DNA from: an uncultured cyanobacterium
GTDB taxonomy: Bacteria; Cyanobacteriota; Cyanobacteriia; Cyanobacteriales; Nostocaceae
Direction: 5' to 3'
Assembly: GCA_963740315.1 (NCBI GenBank)
Contig: CAVUDP010000002.1
Location: forward strand, 864,001-928,000
Length of the DNA stretch: 64,000 nt
The number at the start of each line of letters is the position of its first letter. Position 1 is the stretch's first letter. The notes beneath the pieces were generated by a model. That model did not search any database, was not told the origin of the DNA, and worked only from the letters and a program-made list of their open reading frames with translations. Position numbers and translations under genes: made by a program. Below, piece after piece: positions 1 through 10,511 of this stretch.

Positions 1-146
1 TGTTTACGTTTTTGATTTGATTTCATATCTAGTATTAAATATTGACAATTATTTACTCAGCTTGATTTATCGGGCTGAGTATTGTTTTTGATGATAATTG
101 TAGTAACAAACCATCGAATATTGCATACAAGCTAATAATATTAAAA

Positions 147-214
147 TGGTGCGTTAGGCGCGTACATATGTTCGATCGCAATCCAAATTATAAGTCGCGC
201 CATAACACACCCTA
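147..214. repeat. REP-like imperfect inverted repeat
   Basis: GGTGCGTTAGGCGCG ... CGCGCCATAACACACCCTAC arms; ends in CTAC (GTAG on - strand); related arm GTGGGGTGCGTTAGGC at ~47062. Confidence 0.55.
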
Positions 215-260
215 CAGCCATATTTATTAACAACTAATAACTAACAATTAACAAATTAGA

Positions 261-551
261 ATGAGTGAAGAAATCAAAGATCAACAACACCCGCAATACA
301 ATCGCGATCGCCCTTTGCTGGAAAATTTATTAGTGGGGGAAGCGAGCGATATTAACTTGGTGGAATTGGCTAGGTTGCGGATTCGCTATCATAATTTTCC
401 CGGTGCGAGAGATATTCAGAGCGGTTTGGATGAGGTATTGCAGAAGTGGGGAATTACAGAAGCAGAACTTTTTGAGAAAACTAGAGCAATTCACGCCGTC
501 GGTGGAATTTATCACACTAAAGGGAAGAAGGAAGAACAAGATTGGAATTAA
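261..551 (+). CDS. Conserved cyanobacterial protein, DUF3288-like
   Basis: 96 aa ORF; QQHPQY..DR and ELARLRIRY.NFPGARDIQ motifs recalled from this family. Confidence 0.75.
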   Translation: MSEEIKDQQHPQYNRDRPLLENLLVGEASDINLVELARLRIRYHNFPGARDIQSGLDEVLQKWGITEAELFEKTRAIHAVGGIYHTKGKKEEQDWN

Positions 552-784
552 TCAGTGAACAGTGAACAGTGAACAGTGAACAGTGAACAGTTACCAGTTA
601 CGAGTTACCATTTACCATTTACCATTAATATTGAATTCCTAACTCTTAACTCTTAACTCTTAACTCCTAACTCCTTCTCCCCATCTCCCCATCTCCCCAT
701 CTCCCCATCTCCCCAAAGGTTACTGAGCAGTTCGACGTAGCTCACTGTAAGACTTGTCGAAGTACTCCCCATCTCCCCATCTCC
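552..784. repeat. Compound STRR array between convergent genes
   Basis: (CAGTGAA)n, (TAACTCT)n and (CCCCATCT)n tracts read directly. Confidence 0.95.
715..764. mobile_element. 50-bp dispersed element embedded in STRR, copy 1
   Basis: Identical to 25873-25922 (AAAGGTTACTGAGCAGTTCGAC...GTCGAAGTA). Confidence 0.8.
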
Positions 785-2221
785 TCATTCTCTTGTTTTC
801 TGATATTCCCGAAGTTGCTTCAAAAGTTCTTCTTGAGATGAATTTGTTTGTAGGTTTTTATTTTGTTTGATTTTCTCGCCACTTTTAACGATGTTGGATG
901 AGGAATTGAATCTAAAAGGTTGTTTTCTAATTGGTGTTGTTCGAACTGGGTTGTCTAAACTTGCTTTTACTGAGTCGAGGGTGGCAGCAAATTTAACTTG
1001 CTGTTCTACTTGTTCGGTGGAGGAAACTAAGCCACTTAAACCATTTACGAGTTCTTCGAGATTTTGCCGGAATTTTGGATTTCCGGTTAATTCATCTAAA
1101 TCGGATGTGATTTTCTGGGTGTTCTCGAAGGTTACTCTGGCTGAATCTAATGTTTGTTGCAGTACTAATAGGTTGTTGGGGTCGTTGAGTGTTTTGGTAA
1201 TATCACGCAGGTTGGTTGATGCTTCTGCTGCATTGGCTGAAAGTGTTTCCAGGTTTTCGAGCAATTGCCCTTTGGTAAATCTATTGATGCTTGGAGATAA
1301 ACCGTTAAGAGTTGTTCTTAATTGAGAACTGGTTGCTGTGATGTCGTTTAATGCAGTCACAAGTGAAGATCGATTTGTTGTAACTAAGTTATCGATATTA
1401 TTGAGCAGCTTGTTTGCGTTATTGGCAGTGGAACCAATTTGATCGGCTGTACCCCTAAATTTTTCTGCTGTAGTGCTAAACTCTCTTGCTGTTGCGTTTA
1501 GCTGCGACGCTGTATTACCAAATTGGTTGATGGTTCGATCGGTGGATGTGCTGACTCGGTTGGCTGCTGTTGCTACTTGGTTGGCGGCAGAAGCAAAGGT
1601 TTTTAATTCTTGTTGCGTAGATTTTGTCAAACTGGAAACATCGCGAGTCAGTTGAGCAACTTGTGCTGCTGCTAAGGAAGTATTTTTTAAAGCTTGATTG
1701 ACATTTTCATATACATCGGGTCGGCTGTAAACTTCTGATAAACGGCTGCTGTAGCGAATCAGTTCGTCAACGCTGATGCCTATTTCACCTTTGAGACGGG
1801 AACCATCGCAGATAATCAGCGTCGGATCGCAATCTTTATCTAAAGGTCCGGCATCTACGTTAGCACGAGTAATAGTTGTTTCTGGTGTAATCTCAATAAT
1901 GCTTTCGCTGATTAAACCAGATTGATTAGCTTCAATTTTGACATCGCGGGGAATTATTAAGTCGGTTTTATTAATATCAAGTTTGACTTCTACACCATTT
2001 ACATTTGGTGTAATTTCAGCGATATTGCCGACTTTCACACCGCGATATTGAACAACAGCACCCTTTTGCATCCCGCCAGCGTCCTTAAAATCTACTATAA
2101 AGCTATAAGTACGACCGGCGGCGCTTATTCGGTTCAGCCAAAGGAAAATTAATCCAAAGACTCCCAAACCTAATAAGATTAACAATCCTACAGAACCTTC
2201 TCTAACCAATCGCGATCGCAT
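785..2221 (-). CDS. MlaD/MCE family lipid-transport substrate-binding protein
   Basis: N-terminal TM helix, MCE motif DAGGMQKGAVVQYRGVKVG, long helical C-terminus; adjacent to MlaF-type ATPase. Confidence 0.9.
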   Translation of the reverse strand: MRSRLVREGSVGLLILLGLGVFGLIFLWLNRISAAGRTYSFIVDFKDAGGMQKGAVVQYRGVKVGNIAEITPNVNGVEVKLDINKTDLIIPRDVKIEANQSGLISESIIEITPETTITRANVDAGPLDKDCDPTLIICDGSRLKGEIGISVDELIRYSSRLSEVYSRPDVYENVNQALKNTSLAAAQVAQLTRDVSSLTKSTQQELKTFASAANQVATAANRVSTSTDRTINQFGNTASQLNATAREFSTTAEKFRGTADQIGSTANNANKLLNNIDNLVTTNRSSLVTALNDITATSSQLRTTLNGLSPSINRFTKGQLLENLETLSANAAEASTNLRDITKTLNDPNNLLVLQQTLDSARVTFENTQKITSDLDELTGNPKFRQNLEELVNGLSGLVSSTEQVEQQVKFAATLDSVKASLDNPVRTTPIRKQPFRFNSSSNIVKSGEKIKQNKNLQTNSSQEELLKQLREYQKTRE

Positions 2222-2310
2222 TTTTCACCTCCTTGTATTACAGTTAAAAGTTGTAAATAGGTATTTGTACATTGTTTTATCATTTGTGAATTTAGAATAA
2301 ATCGCGAAGA

Positions 2311-2483
2311 TAAGTAAGTCGGGAGAAATAAATACGATTATGTAACGGAATATAAATTAAATAATCTTTGTTTCGCCGACGCAAGCGTCTACAAAGCCTT
2401 ATTGTAACTGCCTACTCCCTACTCCCTACTGCCTACTCCTTACTCCGTCGTCATAATTACGATTTTCAAAGCCTGCCTACTTA
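2311..2483. mobile_element. MITE-like element with imperfect terminal inverted repeats
   Basis: TAAGTAAGTCGGG ... CCTGCCTACTTA termini; internal (CCTACTC)n tract. Confidence 0.5.
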
Positions 2484-2500
2484 GCTGATTTTTTAATTTT

Positions 2501-3325
2501 TCATACACCGGCAATTTTAATTGGTCCATCAATGCTTCCACTCATAAATTGTCTAATAGAAGGATTCTCTGTAGTATCAACTTCGGAGACTTTTCCTTCC
2601 CACTGCACTTTACCCTGGTAGAGAAAAATAATTCTGTCAGCGGTACGACGAATTGTACTGTGTTGGTGGGTAACAATAGCGTGGCTACCACTAGTTCCGG
2701 GAGCAAACTGTAATTGTCGAATTAAATCTTCAATAATTGTTGAAGCAATGGGATCTAACCCGGCTGTAGGCTCATCGTACAGTAAAATTTCTGGTGATTC
2801 CTCCGGCTTTTCTGGATTAGACATAATAGCACGAGCAAAGCTTACCCGTTTTCGCATCCCTCCAGAAAGTTCTGCGGGAAATCGATCGCCAACTCCGGGT
2901 AAACCTACCATTTCTAATTTTTCCTCAACAAGTTCTCGAATCCTTTTTTTAGAAAGATTTGAATGCTGGTATAGCAAAAACCCGACATTTTCGTCTACCG
3001 TTAAGGAGTCAAACAAAGCCGCTTGTTGGAAAACCATACCGATTCCCAGCGCATCCACACCATCTTCGATCAAACCTTCTCGCCGCACTCCTTGCACGAA
3101 AATTTCTCCTTCATCGGCAGGAGTTAACCCAGCAATTATCCGCAAAATAGTAGATTTACCAGTTCCTGAAGGACCAATTATTCCTAATGCATCTCCTTGG
3201 TAAATATTCAAATCTATTTCATCTAAAATCTTATTGCTACCAAACGACTTAGAAACGCCTTTTAATTCAATTAATGGTTGTTCTAAAGGTTGTTCTAACG
3301 GTTGTTCTAATAATTGTTCTGTCAT
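2501..3325 (-). CDS. ABC transporter ATP-binding protein, MlaF/TGD3 type
   Basis: Walker A GPSGTGKS, LSGGMRKRV signature, YDEPTAGLDP; N-terminal LEQP x3 from a 12-bp tandem repeat. Confidence 0.92.
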   Translation of the reverse strand: MTEQLLEQPLEQPLEQPLIELKGVSKSFGSNKILDEIDLNIYQGDALGIIGPSGTGKSTILRIIAGLTPADEGEIFVQGVRREGLIEDGVDALGIGMVFQQAALFDSLTVDENVGFLLYQHSNLSKKRIRELVEEKLEMVGLPGVGDRFPAELSGGMRKRVSFARAIMSNPEKPEESPEILLYDEPTAGLDPIASTIIEDLIRQLQFAPGTSGSHAIVTHQHSTIRRTADRIIFLYQGKVQWEGKVSEVDTTENPSIRQFMSGSIDGPIKIAGV

Positions 3326-3430
3326 TAACTTAAACTTATACTTGAGGGTAGATAGTAGTTAGTGGATAGTAGATAGTAGATATTAGTTAGAAGAAAATAA
3401 CAACTAACAACTAACAACTAACAACTCATA

Positions 3431-4960
3431 GTGAAAAATTTTGATGTCATAGTCATTGGTAGTGGTATCGGCGGGTTAACTGCTGCTGCATTGCTCAGTC
3501 GTTACGGTAAACGAGTAATCGTCTGCGAAAGCCATACAGTAGCGGGTGGTGCTGCTCATAGTTTTCGACGACAAGGATTTGAATTTGATTCTGGACCTTC
3601 ATTCTATTGTGGACTGAGTGATGCCCGAAGTTTGAATCCTGTAAAACAAGTTCTGGATATTTTAGGCGAATCTCTCCAAACTGTACCTTACGATCCTCTC
3701 GGACACTATCATTTTCCTGAAGGTAGTTTTGCAGTTTACGGCAATTCCCAACGCTACCGGGAAGAAGTAGCAAAAATTACACCCCAAGGAGCGAGAGAAT
3801 TAGCACGATTTGAAAGTCGTTTGTTGCCGCTATACGAAGCCATGAAAGGCATTCCCACTTTGGCTTTGCGTAGCGATTGGCAGTTAGTTCCGATTTTACT
3901 GGGGCGTTATTTGCCATCTTTATTAAAAATGCTACCGAATCTACCCTTAGTACAAAGTTCGGTAGGTAGTGTAATGGATGCCACCGTCAAAGACCCCTGG
4001 GTGCGGCGACTAATTGACCTGGAATGCTTTCTGCTATCTGGTTTAAAGGCAAGCGGTACCATTGCCCCGGAAGTAGCATTTATGTTAGGAGAACGTTCTA
4101 ATACTGCCATCGAATATCCCTTGGGAGGCAGCGGTGCGATCGTAGATGCTTTAGTAAATGGCTTTAAAAAATGGGGTGGGGAATTACGTTTGGGATGTCA
4201 TGTAGAGCAAATTATCGTAGAAAATGGTCAAGCTGTAGGTGTACGCTTATCTTCTTCCCAACCCTTAAAAAAGGAGGGTGAAGAAGTTATAAAAGCTCCG
4301 GTGGTAATTTCCAACGCCACAATCTGGGATACCTATACTAAATTATTGCTTGCTGAAGATTTACCTGCATCTTATCGTCAAGCAGCTTTAGATACGCCGG
4401 CGGTAGAAAGCTTTATGCATTTACACTTAGGATTTCGCGGCGAAGAATTAGAAGAATTGACGGGACATCACGTGGTAGTTCATGATGCCCAAAAAGATAT
4501 TACCGTACCGGGAAACACCTGCATGATATCGATTCCCAGCGTTTGGGATGCAACACTCGCATGCCCAAACCATCACGTGGTTCACGCTTACACTTTGGAA
4601 CCTTATGCGGGATGGGAAAAAGATTCTAATTACGAAGAGAAGAAAAAACACAAAGCGCAAAGTTTATATAACGCGATCGCAAAAGTAATTCCAGATATTA
4701 GAGAGCGTGTAGTTTTAGAACTTATCGGCACACCATTAACTCATGCTGCTTATTTAAGAAGATATCAAGGAAGTTACGGTCCGGCGATCGCTGCTGGTAA
4801 AGGGATGTTTCCAAGCACTAATACGCCGATAAAAGGATTGTACCGCGTTGGTGACAGCACCATGCCGGGAATTGGAGTTCCTGCGGTGGCTGCGAGCGGT
4901 ATTTTGTGCGCGAATTCTTTGATGAAATCTTCGCAGGTGATGGAATTATTAGATTTATGA
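3431..4960 (+). CDS. FAD-dependent oxidoreductase, phytoene desaturase/carotenoid isomerase superfamily
   Basis: GSGIGG dinucleotide-binding motif, FDSGPS, C-terminal GDST.PGIGVPAVAASG. Confidence 0.85.
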   Translation: MKNFDVIVIGSGIGGLTAAALLSRYGKRVIVCESHTVAGGAAHSFRRQGFEFDSGPSFYCGLSDARSLNPVKQVLDILGESLQTVPYDPLGHYHFPEGSFAVYGNSQRYREEVAKITPQGARELARFESRLLPLYEAMKGIPTLALRSDWQLVPILLGRYLPSLLKMLPNLPLVQSSVGSVMDATVKDPWVRRLIDLECFLLSGLKASGTIAPEVAFMLGERSNTAIEYPLGGSGAIVDALVNGFKKWGGELRLGCHVEQIIVENGQAVGVRLSSSQPLKKEGEEVIKAPVVISNATIWDTYTKLLLAEDLPASYRQAALDTPAVESFMHLHLGFRGEELEELTGHHVVVHDAQKDITVPGNTCMISIPSVWDATLACPNHHVVHAYTLEPYAGWEKDSNYEEKKKHKAQSLYNAIAKVIPDIRERVVLELIGTPLTHAAYLRRYQGSYGPAIAAGKGMFPSTNTPIKGLYRVGDSTMPGIGVPAVAASGILCANSLMKSSQVMELLDL

Positions 4961-4969
4961 ATAATAAAA

Positions 4970-5025
4970 GTTCGTAGTAAGGGCTTAAGCCCTTCCATCC
5001 GAGGACTAAATTCCTTACTACAAAC
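4970..5025. repeat. REP-like palindrome, GTTCGTAGTAAGGGC family
   Basis: GTTCGTAGTAAGG ... CCTTACTACAAAC; related copies at 36846, 43468, 46808 and 47247. Confidence 0.8.
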
Positions 5026-5653
5026 CGCAAATTGCTTTTAAAACTTGTAATAATTCAACAGCCCGGTTTAATTCCATTAGGTTTAATAATGGCATCAGGT
5101 GATAAGTTGTAGGATTTCCTTGTTGAATGTACACAAATTGATAATATTGTCCGTTCGTAACTAGTCCCCAAACAGATTTTTGATTCTGCAAGCTTTCATA
5201 GGCATATGTTAATAGTTGAGGTAAACCTTCTGATGGAGAAATACCGCTGTTTTTAGATTCAATTAATAATACCCAAAAAAATGTTTGATCTGTTAGTTTT
5301 CTAACTTTGTTAACAGCTAAAATATCTAATCTGCCAGTAATAGTCGTATCTTCGTCTTCTATTTTAATTTCAGCGATATCTTCTTCTAATTTTATTTGAA
5401 TTGGGTAGCTATAAAAACCAGCTAAACGCATTAAAGGAGCAATGACCAAAAATTTTACTTGCCCTTCCGAAACTTTGCCTGCTGTCAGATATCTATCAAA
5501 ATCATCCCGAATCTGTAAAAGTTCCTGCTGTTCTACTTCTGTTAAAGCTTCGAGAGACAATAATGAAGTAAATGACTCATTGTAGTGTTTTTGAAATCCT
5601 AAAAGACGCTGAACATCTTCTAATGATAAATTGCGATCGTTAAGAAGTGTCAT
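5018..5653 (-). CDS. Stand-alone PD-(D/E)XK nuclease-like protein (HsdR N-terminal-like family)
   Basis: SEGQVK, GRLDIL..., IESK, GLPQLL.YA and GLVTNG motifs. Confidence 0.75.
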   Translation of the reverse strand: MTLLNDRNLSLEDVQRLLGFQKHYNESFTSLLSLEALTEVEQQELLQIRDDFDRYLTAGKVSEGQVKFLVIAPLMRLAGFYSYPIQIKLEEDIAEIKIEDEDTTITGRLDILAVNKVRKLTDQTFFWVLLIESKNSGISPSEGLPQLLTYAYESLQNQKSVWGLVTNGQYYQFVYIQQGNPTTYHLMPLLNLMELNRAVELLQVLKAICGL

Positions 5654-6009
5654 GATTATGTGGCGATCGTTTAACTATATAGACAGTTATAACAATAAAA
5701 GATTATTTTTTTAGGTATCAATAAGATTATTGCATCTACCAAAAGAAAGGGAATGAGAAAAACCCGATTTAAACAAATTTAATTTATTCTCCTTCCAGAG
5801 ATAGAAGTGAGATGTAGTTAACTTCTTTAAGCTACTATTAACAAATGTTTATATCCAGTTTTTGGTTTTAATGGATTGTCATGCTTTTTCCTCACGTTTA
5901 CTCGTTGTAAGAAATAGAGGCTAATGTAATGGCGATAATCGTTGCTTATCTTATAGCAATTACTAATTCCTGAAAATTGGATATAGTACTGTATTGAGGA
6001 GATTGACAG

Positions 6010-6621
6010 ATGATGAATAGAGTTAAAACTAATAGCGTAATTAAAAGAGATTTTAAAGTCGGTAATCTAATTAAAAAAATCGCTAAAGCAAACGGCGCGA
6101 TCGCAATAGCATCTCTAGCATTATTTCTTGGTGCGTGCGATACAAATGACAAAATAGGTACTGTAGAACCAATAGAACAAACGCCAGGAGCGACAGCTAC
6201 AGGAGATACAACTACAGAAGTTCCCCCGACTACAGAAAATACAACTACAGATCCAGGGACTACTGGTGCTGCATTACCAGACGCTACTCAACCAGACGCT
6301 ACTGATAACACTGGCGCAGAATCGCCTAACGCTAAACTCGTTGGAGAGAATGTTACCGTCAGCACCAAAGTTAAAGAAATTGTCGGTCCAAAAGCATTTA
6401 TCGCTTACGATAAAGAATCTTTAGGAGGACAAGATGTTCTAGTAGTGAGCAATGAAGATGCTCCTGCTGTTGGTACAAATGTTGAAGTATCTGGTGTAAT
6501 GGAAAATTTCGATCCAGCAGCGATTAAAAAAGATTACGGTTTAGATTTGAACTCAGAAGTAGTTAAAACTTATGAAAACAAGCCTTATCTGGCTGCGAAG
6601 GCAATTGAAAAGGTAGATTAA
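6010..6621 (+). CDS. Putative lipoprotein
   Basis: Hydrophobic stretch ending LGAC lipobox, T/P-rich linker, compact C-terminal domain; true start may be downstream. Confidence 0.7.
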   Translation: MMNRVKTNSVIKRDFKVGNLIKKIAKANGAIAIASLALFLGACDTNDKIGTVEPIEQTPGATATGDTTTEVPPTTENTTTDPGTTGAALPDATQPDATDNTGAESPNAKLVGENVTVSTKVKEIVGPKAFIAYDKESLGGQDVLVVSNEDAPAVGTNVEVSGVMENFDPAAIKKDYGLDLNSEVVKTYENKPYLAAKAIEKVD

Positions 6622-6913
6622 GTTTTTTTAGTTGTAAGAATTTGAAGTGTTGAGAAACTCGGTTTTTTGAAAAAGCCGGGTTTTTTGATTTTTAAAAATA
6701 ATTTAAGAGTACGATAGTTATTATTTTCTTTATATAAATTTTCAGTTTTTATTAAAAGCGTACCAATTAGTTCTTGAATTAAAGTGTCACATACACGATC
6801 GCGCACTGCTGCAAGAAAATATTCGTTCGGGTTCAACACGAATCATACCAACATGCAATCTATAGTTAGAATTATTGATAATTGATCATTGATAATTGAT
6901 AATTGATAATTGA

Positions 6914-7123
6914 TTATCCTCCTCCGACAATAGTAACTATTTCCAAACGGTCATTTTGTTGTATTTTTGTTTGCTGCCAATATTGACGATGCAAAATTTC
7001 GCCGTTATACTCGACTGCAACTAGGCGAGGGTTATAACCTAACTGCACGAGTAAATCGGGTAAGGTAGTTTCAACACAACAATTACGGGTTTCGCCGTTT
7101 ACTTGCAATTCAAGATCGTTCAT
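6914..7123 (-). CDS. thiS: Sulfur carrier protein ThiS
   Basis: 69 aa; VAVEYNGEI and C-terminal IVTIVGGG; overlaps thiE end. Confidence 0.95.
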   Translation of the reverse strand: MNDLELQVNGETRNCCVETTLPDLLVQLGYNPRLVAVEYNGEILHRQYWQQTKIQQNDRLEIVTIVGGG

Positions 7124-8240
7124 ACATCTTTGACTTGCTATCTACTGTTTGAATCCGGTGTAATTGAGACAAAAAATATTGCGCTACTAAAGTTGGTTGT
7201 TCTGCTTGCATGATACTTCGCACTACTGCTACGCGACTTGCTCCAATTTCGATTACATCATTAAGATTTGATGGATCTATTCCACCAATTGCAAACCAGG
7301 GTATTGGACAATTTTTCGCCGCGTAGTTAACATATTGCAAACCAACTGCTGGCTTACCTTCTTTAGTTGGAGTTTCATAAACTGGTCCCACACCAACATA
7401 ATCGGCACCTTCGGTAATTGCTCTTTGCATTTCGTCCGAATTTGTGGTAGAACGACCTATCAGCCTATGAGGACCGAGTAAGTCACGGGCTATAGATATG
7501 GGCATATCTTGTTGTCCCAAATGCACGCCATCGGCATCGGAAGCTAAAGCCAAGTCTATGCGATCGTTGACAAAAAACAGGGCATCATAAGCGTGACATA
7601 GCCCGCAAAGCTTTTTAGCTTGTTCCAAACGAACGGTATCATCAGCTATTTTGTCGCGGTACTGTACCATGCTAAGTCCACCTTTTAAGGCAGCTTCCAC
7701 AGTCTCCAGTAAATTTTCGCTGGCTGATGTGACTAAATACAAACGCGATCGCAAAAGTTGTTGATATCGAGCAAAGCCCATCAAATTACTTTCGAGGGTG
7801 TAAACTCGATAGCGAATTTGCTTAAATGCTTTGCCCATGTCGGTACTATAAAGCTTTCCGTATTCCTCAAGTACTCGTAGGGCTTCTTCTATTCGACAGA
7901 AGTTAGCTTGTAACAACGATTTAATATTTTCGCGTTGTTCTTCTTGAGGATGACTTAATTCCGTTCCCGTATCACCGGGCGTATTCCGCGCCGCCCTTAA
8001 TTCAGAAGTATGCCATTTAGCTACCTCCTGCCGCAAATGCTTGCATTCTCTAGTAAGTTCGCTATTGTTCAAGCCAAAGCGACACCATTCCTCGATAATT
8101 CGCAAACCTTCGCGACTGCGGTCTAAATTTGCGTCTAAAATTCGTAGGACAACTTGCTGTACTTGCTCTTTCTGGCTGTATGGCTCGACCATTACAACAA
8201 CCCCGTTATTGTCTTCATCGTACCAGTCAGCCTGCTTCAT
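7110..8240 (-). CDS. thiE: Thiamine-phosphate synthase (cyanobacterial form with N-terminal extension)
   Basis: RILDANLDR.REGLR N-domain; VQYRDK, NDRIDLA, GVHLGQQD, GPVYETPTK and AIGGI motifs. Confidence 0.95.
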   Translation of the reverse strand: MKQADWYDEDNNGVVVMVEPYSQKEQVQQVVLRILDANLDRSREGLRIIEEWCRFGLNNSELTRECKHLRQEVAKWHTSELRAARNTPGDTGTELSHPQEEQRENIKSLLQANFCRIEEALRVLEEYGKLYSTDMGKAFKQIRYRVYTLESNLMGFARYQQLLRSRLYLVTSASENLLETVEAALKGGLSMVQYRDKIADDTVRLEQAKKLCGLCHAYDALFFVNDRIDLALASDADGVHLGQQDMPISIARDLLGPHRLIGRSTTNSDEMQRAITEGADYVGVGPVYETPTKEGKPAVGLQYVNYAAKNCPIPWFAIGGIDPSNLNDVIEIGASRVAVVRSIMQAEQPTLVAQYFLSQLHRIQTVDSKSKMYERS

Positions 8241-8595
8241 GTTTTTAATTTTGCGATCGTCATTGATTTTTTTCCAAATTGCTTTGTATTAAAAATAGCT
8301 ACTGGCAGCGTAAAATTTTGAATTCTAGATTTGTGATTCCAGATTAGCCTTTGGGATTGGTTCCATAGTTAAATATAGTTTCTAGTATCATAAGATACTT
8401 TTAAACCTAAAATCTAAAATTTAAAAATTACTAAGTCAATTATCTGACTAAAATTTTCAATATCGTCGAATAGGATGGTATAAAAATGTCAATACAAGCG
8501 GTCTAACACCCCAATTCATTCCACCCAACTAAGACTTATATTCTTTAAAACAGATTATTAAAGCCTTAAAATCATCTTCCCACCCCAAATCTCCT

Positions 8596-10203
8596 ATGCG
8601 TATATCTTCTAAATCTTCTGTTTTATTTATAACTGTAAGTTTCACTTCGATAACTGCGGCATTGTTCGGCGTAGGCTCAAATATTGCCATTGCTCAAATG
8701 TCGCCCATATCAGAGGGTGAAACTAAGAGTGAAAACTCAATTTCTCAGGTTAATGTACTGTTTGTCAACCCAAATGTCGGAAATGACACCCAGGCAAACA
8801 ATAGCGAAAGCACTCCGTTAAAAACAATTACTCAAGCGTTGCAAGTTGCCAAAGGAAATACTGTAATTAGACTTGCAAACGGTACTTACAGCGCTCAAAC
8901 GGGAGAACAATTTCCCTTAATCGTCAAAGGTGGTGTTTCTATTCAAGGGGATATTAATACTCAAGGCAAAGGCATTCTCATTCAGGGTGGCGGTGAATAT
9001 CTCAGTCGCTACTACGGCAGTAAAAACATTGCGATCGTTGCCACTGGTAAGGCAAAATTAGCTGGCGTGACGGTAACTAATCCCAACCCTCGCGGTTACG
9101 GTATGTGGATTGAATTAAGCCAGCCAATAGTCGAAAATAACACCTTTACTGGCTCTACCCAAGATGGAATTGCAGTCACGGGTAAAGCCGCGCCTAAAAT
9201 TCGCAACAATCATTTTCACAGCAACGGTGCAAATGGGATTACAGTTTCAGGAAAATCTCAACCTGAAATCACAGAAAATACCTTTGAAAATACGGGCTTT
9301 GGGATCAATATTGCCCAAAATGCCTCTCCTCAAATAATTAGTAACAAAATTTCACAAAACAGAACCGGCATTGTAGTTCAAGCTGAATCTAGCCCCCTTT
9401 TACGAAATAATTCTATCTTCAACAACTTTGAAGACGGCTTAGTAGTAATAGCTGCTTCAATACCGGATTTAGGTAATGCATCCAATCCCGGCGGCAATCA
9501 ATTTAGTTCTAACGGGCGCTATGACATCAACGCCGAAGCTGCTACCCAAGAAGTTTCCGCTTACGGCAATACGATCGCTCGCGATCGCATTGCCGGAAAA
9601 GTAAACGTTACTGCAACAGCCGCGCCGGTAAAAGCCACATCCCAACCCAGACGCACGCCAACATTACTCCAAGCAACAGCACGCCGCAATACCGTTTCCC
9701 AAAAACAGCCGTTACCAACACCCAGCACAAATAACGAACAGCAATTAAATTACGTGCAAGTGCAGCCAGATACAATCGAATTCACCGCACCCCAAATCGC
9801 TCAACCTCCGGCAGATACACCCTCATCATTACCAACACTACAACCCGCCCCTGTAGGTGAATCAGCCCTTTTACCCGTACCCGCAGCCAAACTTCCCCCA
9901 AGTCAAAATAGCAGCATAAATATGCCACCACCAGGGATTTCAGCAAATTCCCCAACCTTAAGAAATCCACCTCAAACAACCGCTAGAACAACACAAACTT
10001 CACGTTACCGCGTAATAGTAGAAGCAGTAACACCAAGACAGCAAGAACTAGTAAAATTCATCGTACCCGACGCATTCCGCACCAGCAGACAAGGAAAAAG
10101 AGTCATGCAAGCAGGAATATTTACCAACCGCAATAAAGCCAACAACTTAGTACAGCAATTCAAAAACAACGGATTGAAAGCCAAAATTGAAGCGATGAAG
10201 TAA
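8596..10203 (+). CDS. Exported DUF1565/parallel beta-helix protein with C-terminal SPOR-like domain
   Basis: Signal peptide, LFVNP..GND, PLKTITQAL, Asn-rich beta-helix repeats, Pro-rich linker, MQAG.F..R.KA tail. Confidence 0.8.
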   Translation: MRISSKSSVLFITVSFTSITAALFGVGSNIAIAQMSPISEGETKSENSISQVNVLFVNPNVGNDTQANNSESTPLKTITQALQVAKGNTVIRLANGTYSAQTGEQFPLIVKGGVSIQGDINTQGKGILIQGGGEYLSRYYGSKNIAIVATGKAKLAGVTVTNPNPRGYGMWIELSQPIVENNTFTGSTQDGIAVTGKAAPKIRNNHFHSNGANGITVSGKSQPEITENTFENTGFGINIAQNASPQIISNKISQNRTGIVVQAESSPLLRNNSIFNNFEDGLVVIAASIPDLGNASNPGGNQFSSNGRYDINAEAATQEVSAYGNTIARDRIAGKVNVTATAAPVKATSQPRRTPTLLQATARRNTVSQKQPLPTPSTNNEQQLNYVQVQPDTIEFTAPQIAQPPADTPSSLPTLQPAPVGESALLPVPAAKLPPSQNSSINMPPPGISANSPTLRNPPQTTARTTQTSRYRVIVEAVTPRQQELVKFIVPDAFRTSRQGKRVMQAGIFTNRNKANNLVQQFKNNGLKAKIEAMK

Positions 10204-10220
10204 TTATAAGGTTAAAGGTG

Positions 10221-10511
10221 AGGAGTAGGGAGTAGGGAGTAGGGAGTAGGGAGTAGGGAGTAGGGAGTAGGGAGTAGGGAGTAGGGAGTTAGGAGTAGGG
10301 AGTTAGGAGTAGGGAGTTAGGAGTAGGGAGTTAGGAGTAGGGAGTAGGGAGTAGGGAGTAGGGAGTAGGGAGTTAGGAGTAGGGAGTTAGGAGTTGGGAG
10401 TTAGGAGTTAGGAGTTGGGAGTTAGGAGTTAGGAGTTAGGAGTTAGGAGTAGGGAGTTGGGAGTTAGGAGTTAGGAGTTAGGAGTTAGGAGTTGGGAGTT
10501 GGGAGTTAGGA
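10221..10511. repeat. Long G-rich STRR array (GGGAGTA/GGAGTTA)n
   Basis: About 290 bp of 7-8-mer units read directly. Confidence 0.95.

Noticed and set aside
785..3325. Incomplete Mla system (no MlaE permease)
   Set aside because: The permease is commonly encoded elsewhere in cyanobacteria; not unusual.
8241..8595. TPP riboswitch upstream of thiE-thiS
   Set aside because: No CTGAGA or other TPP aptamer core found on the minus strand; the region is AT-rich.
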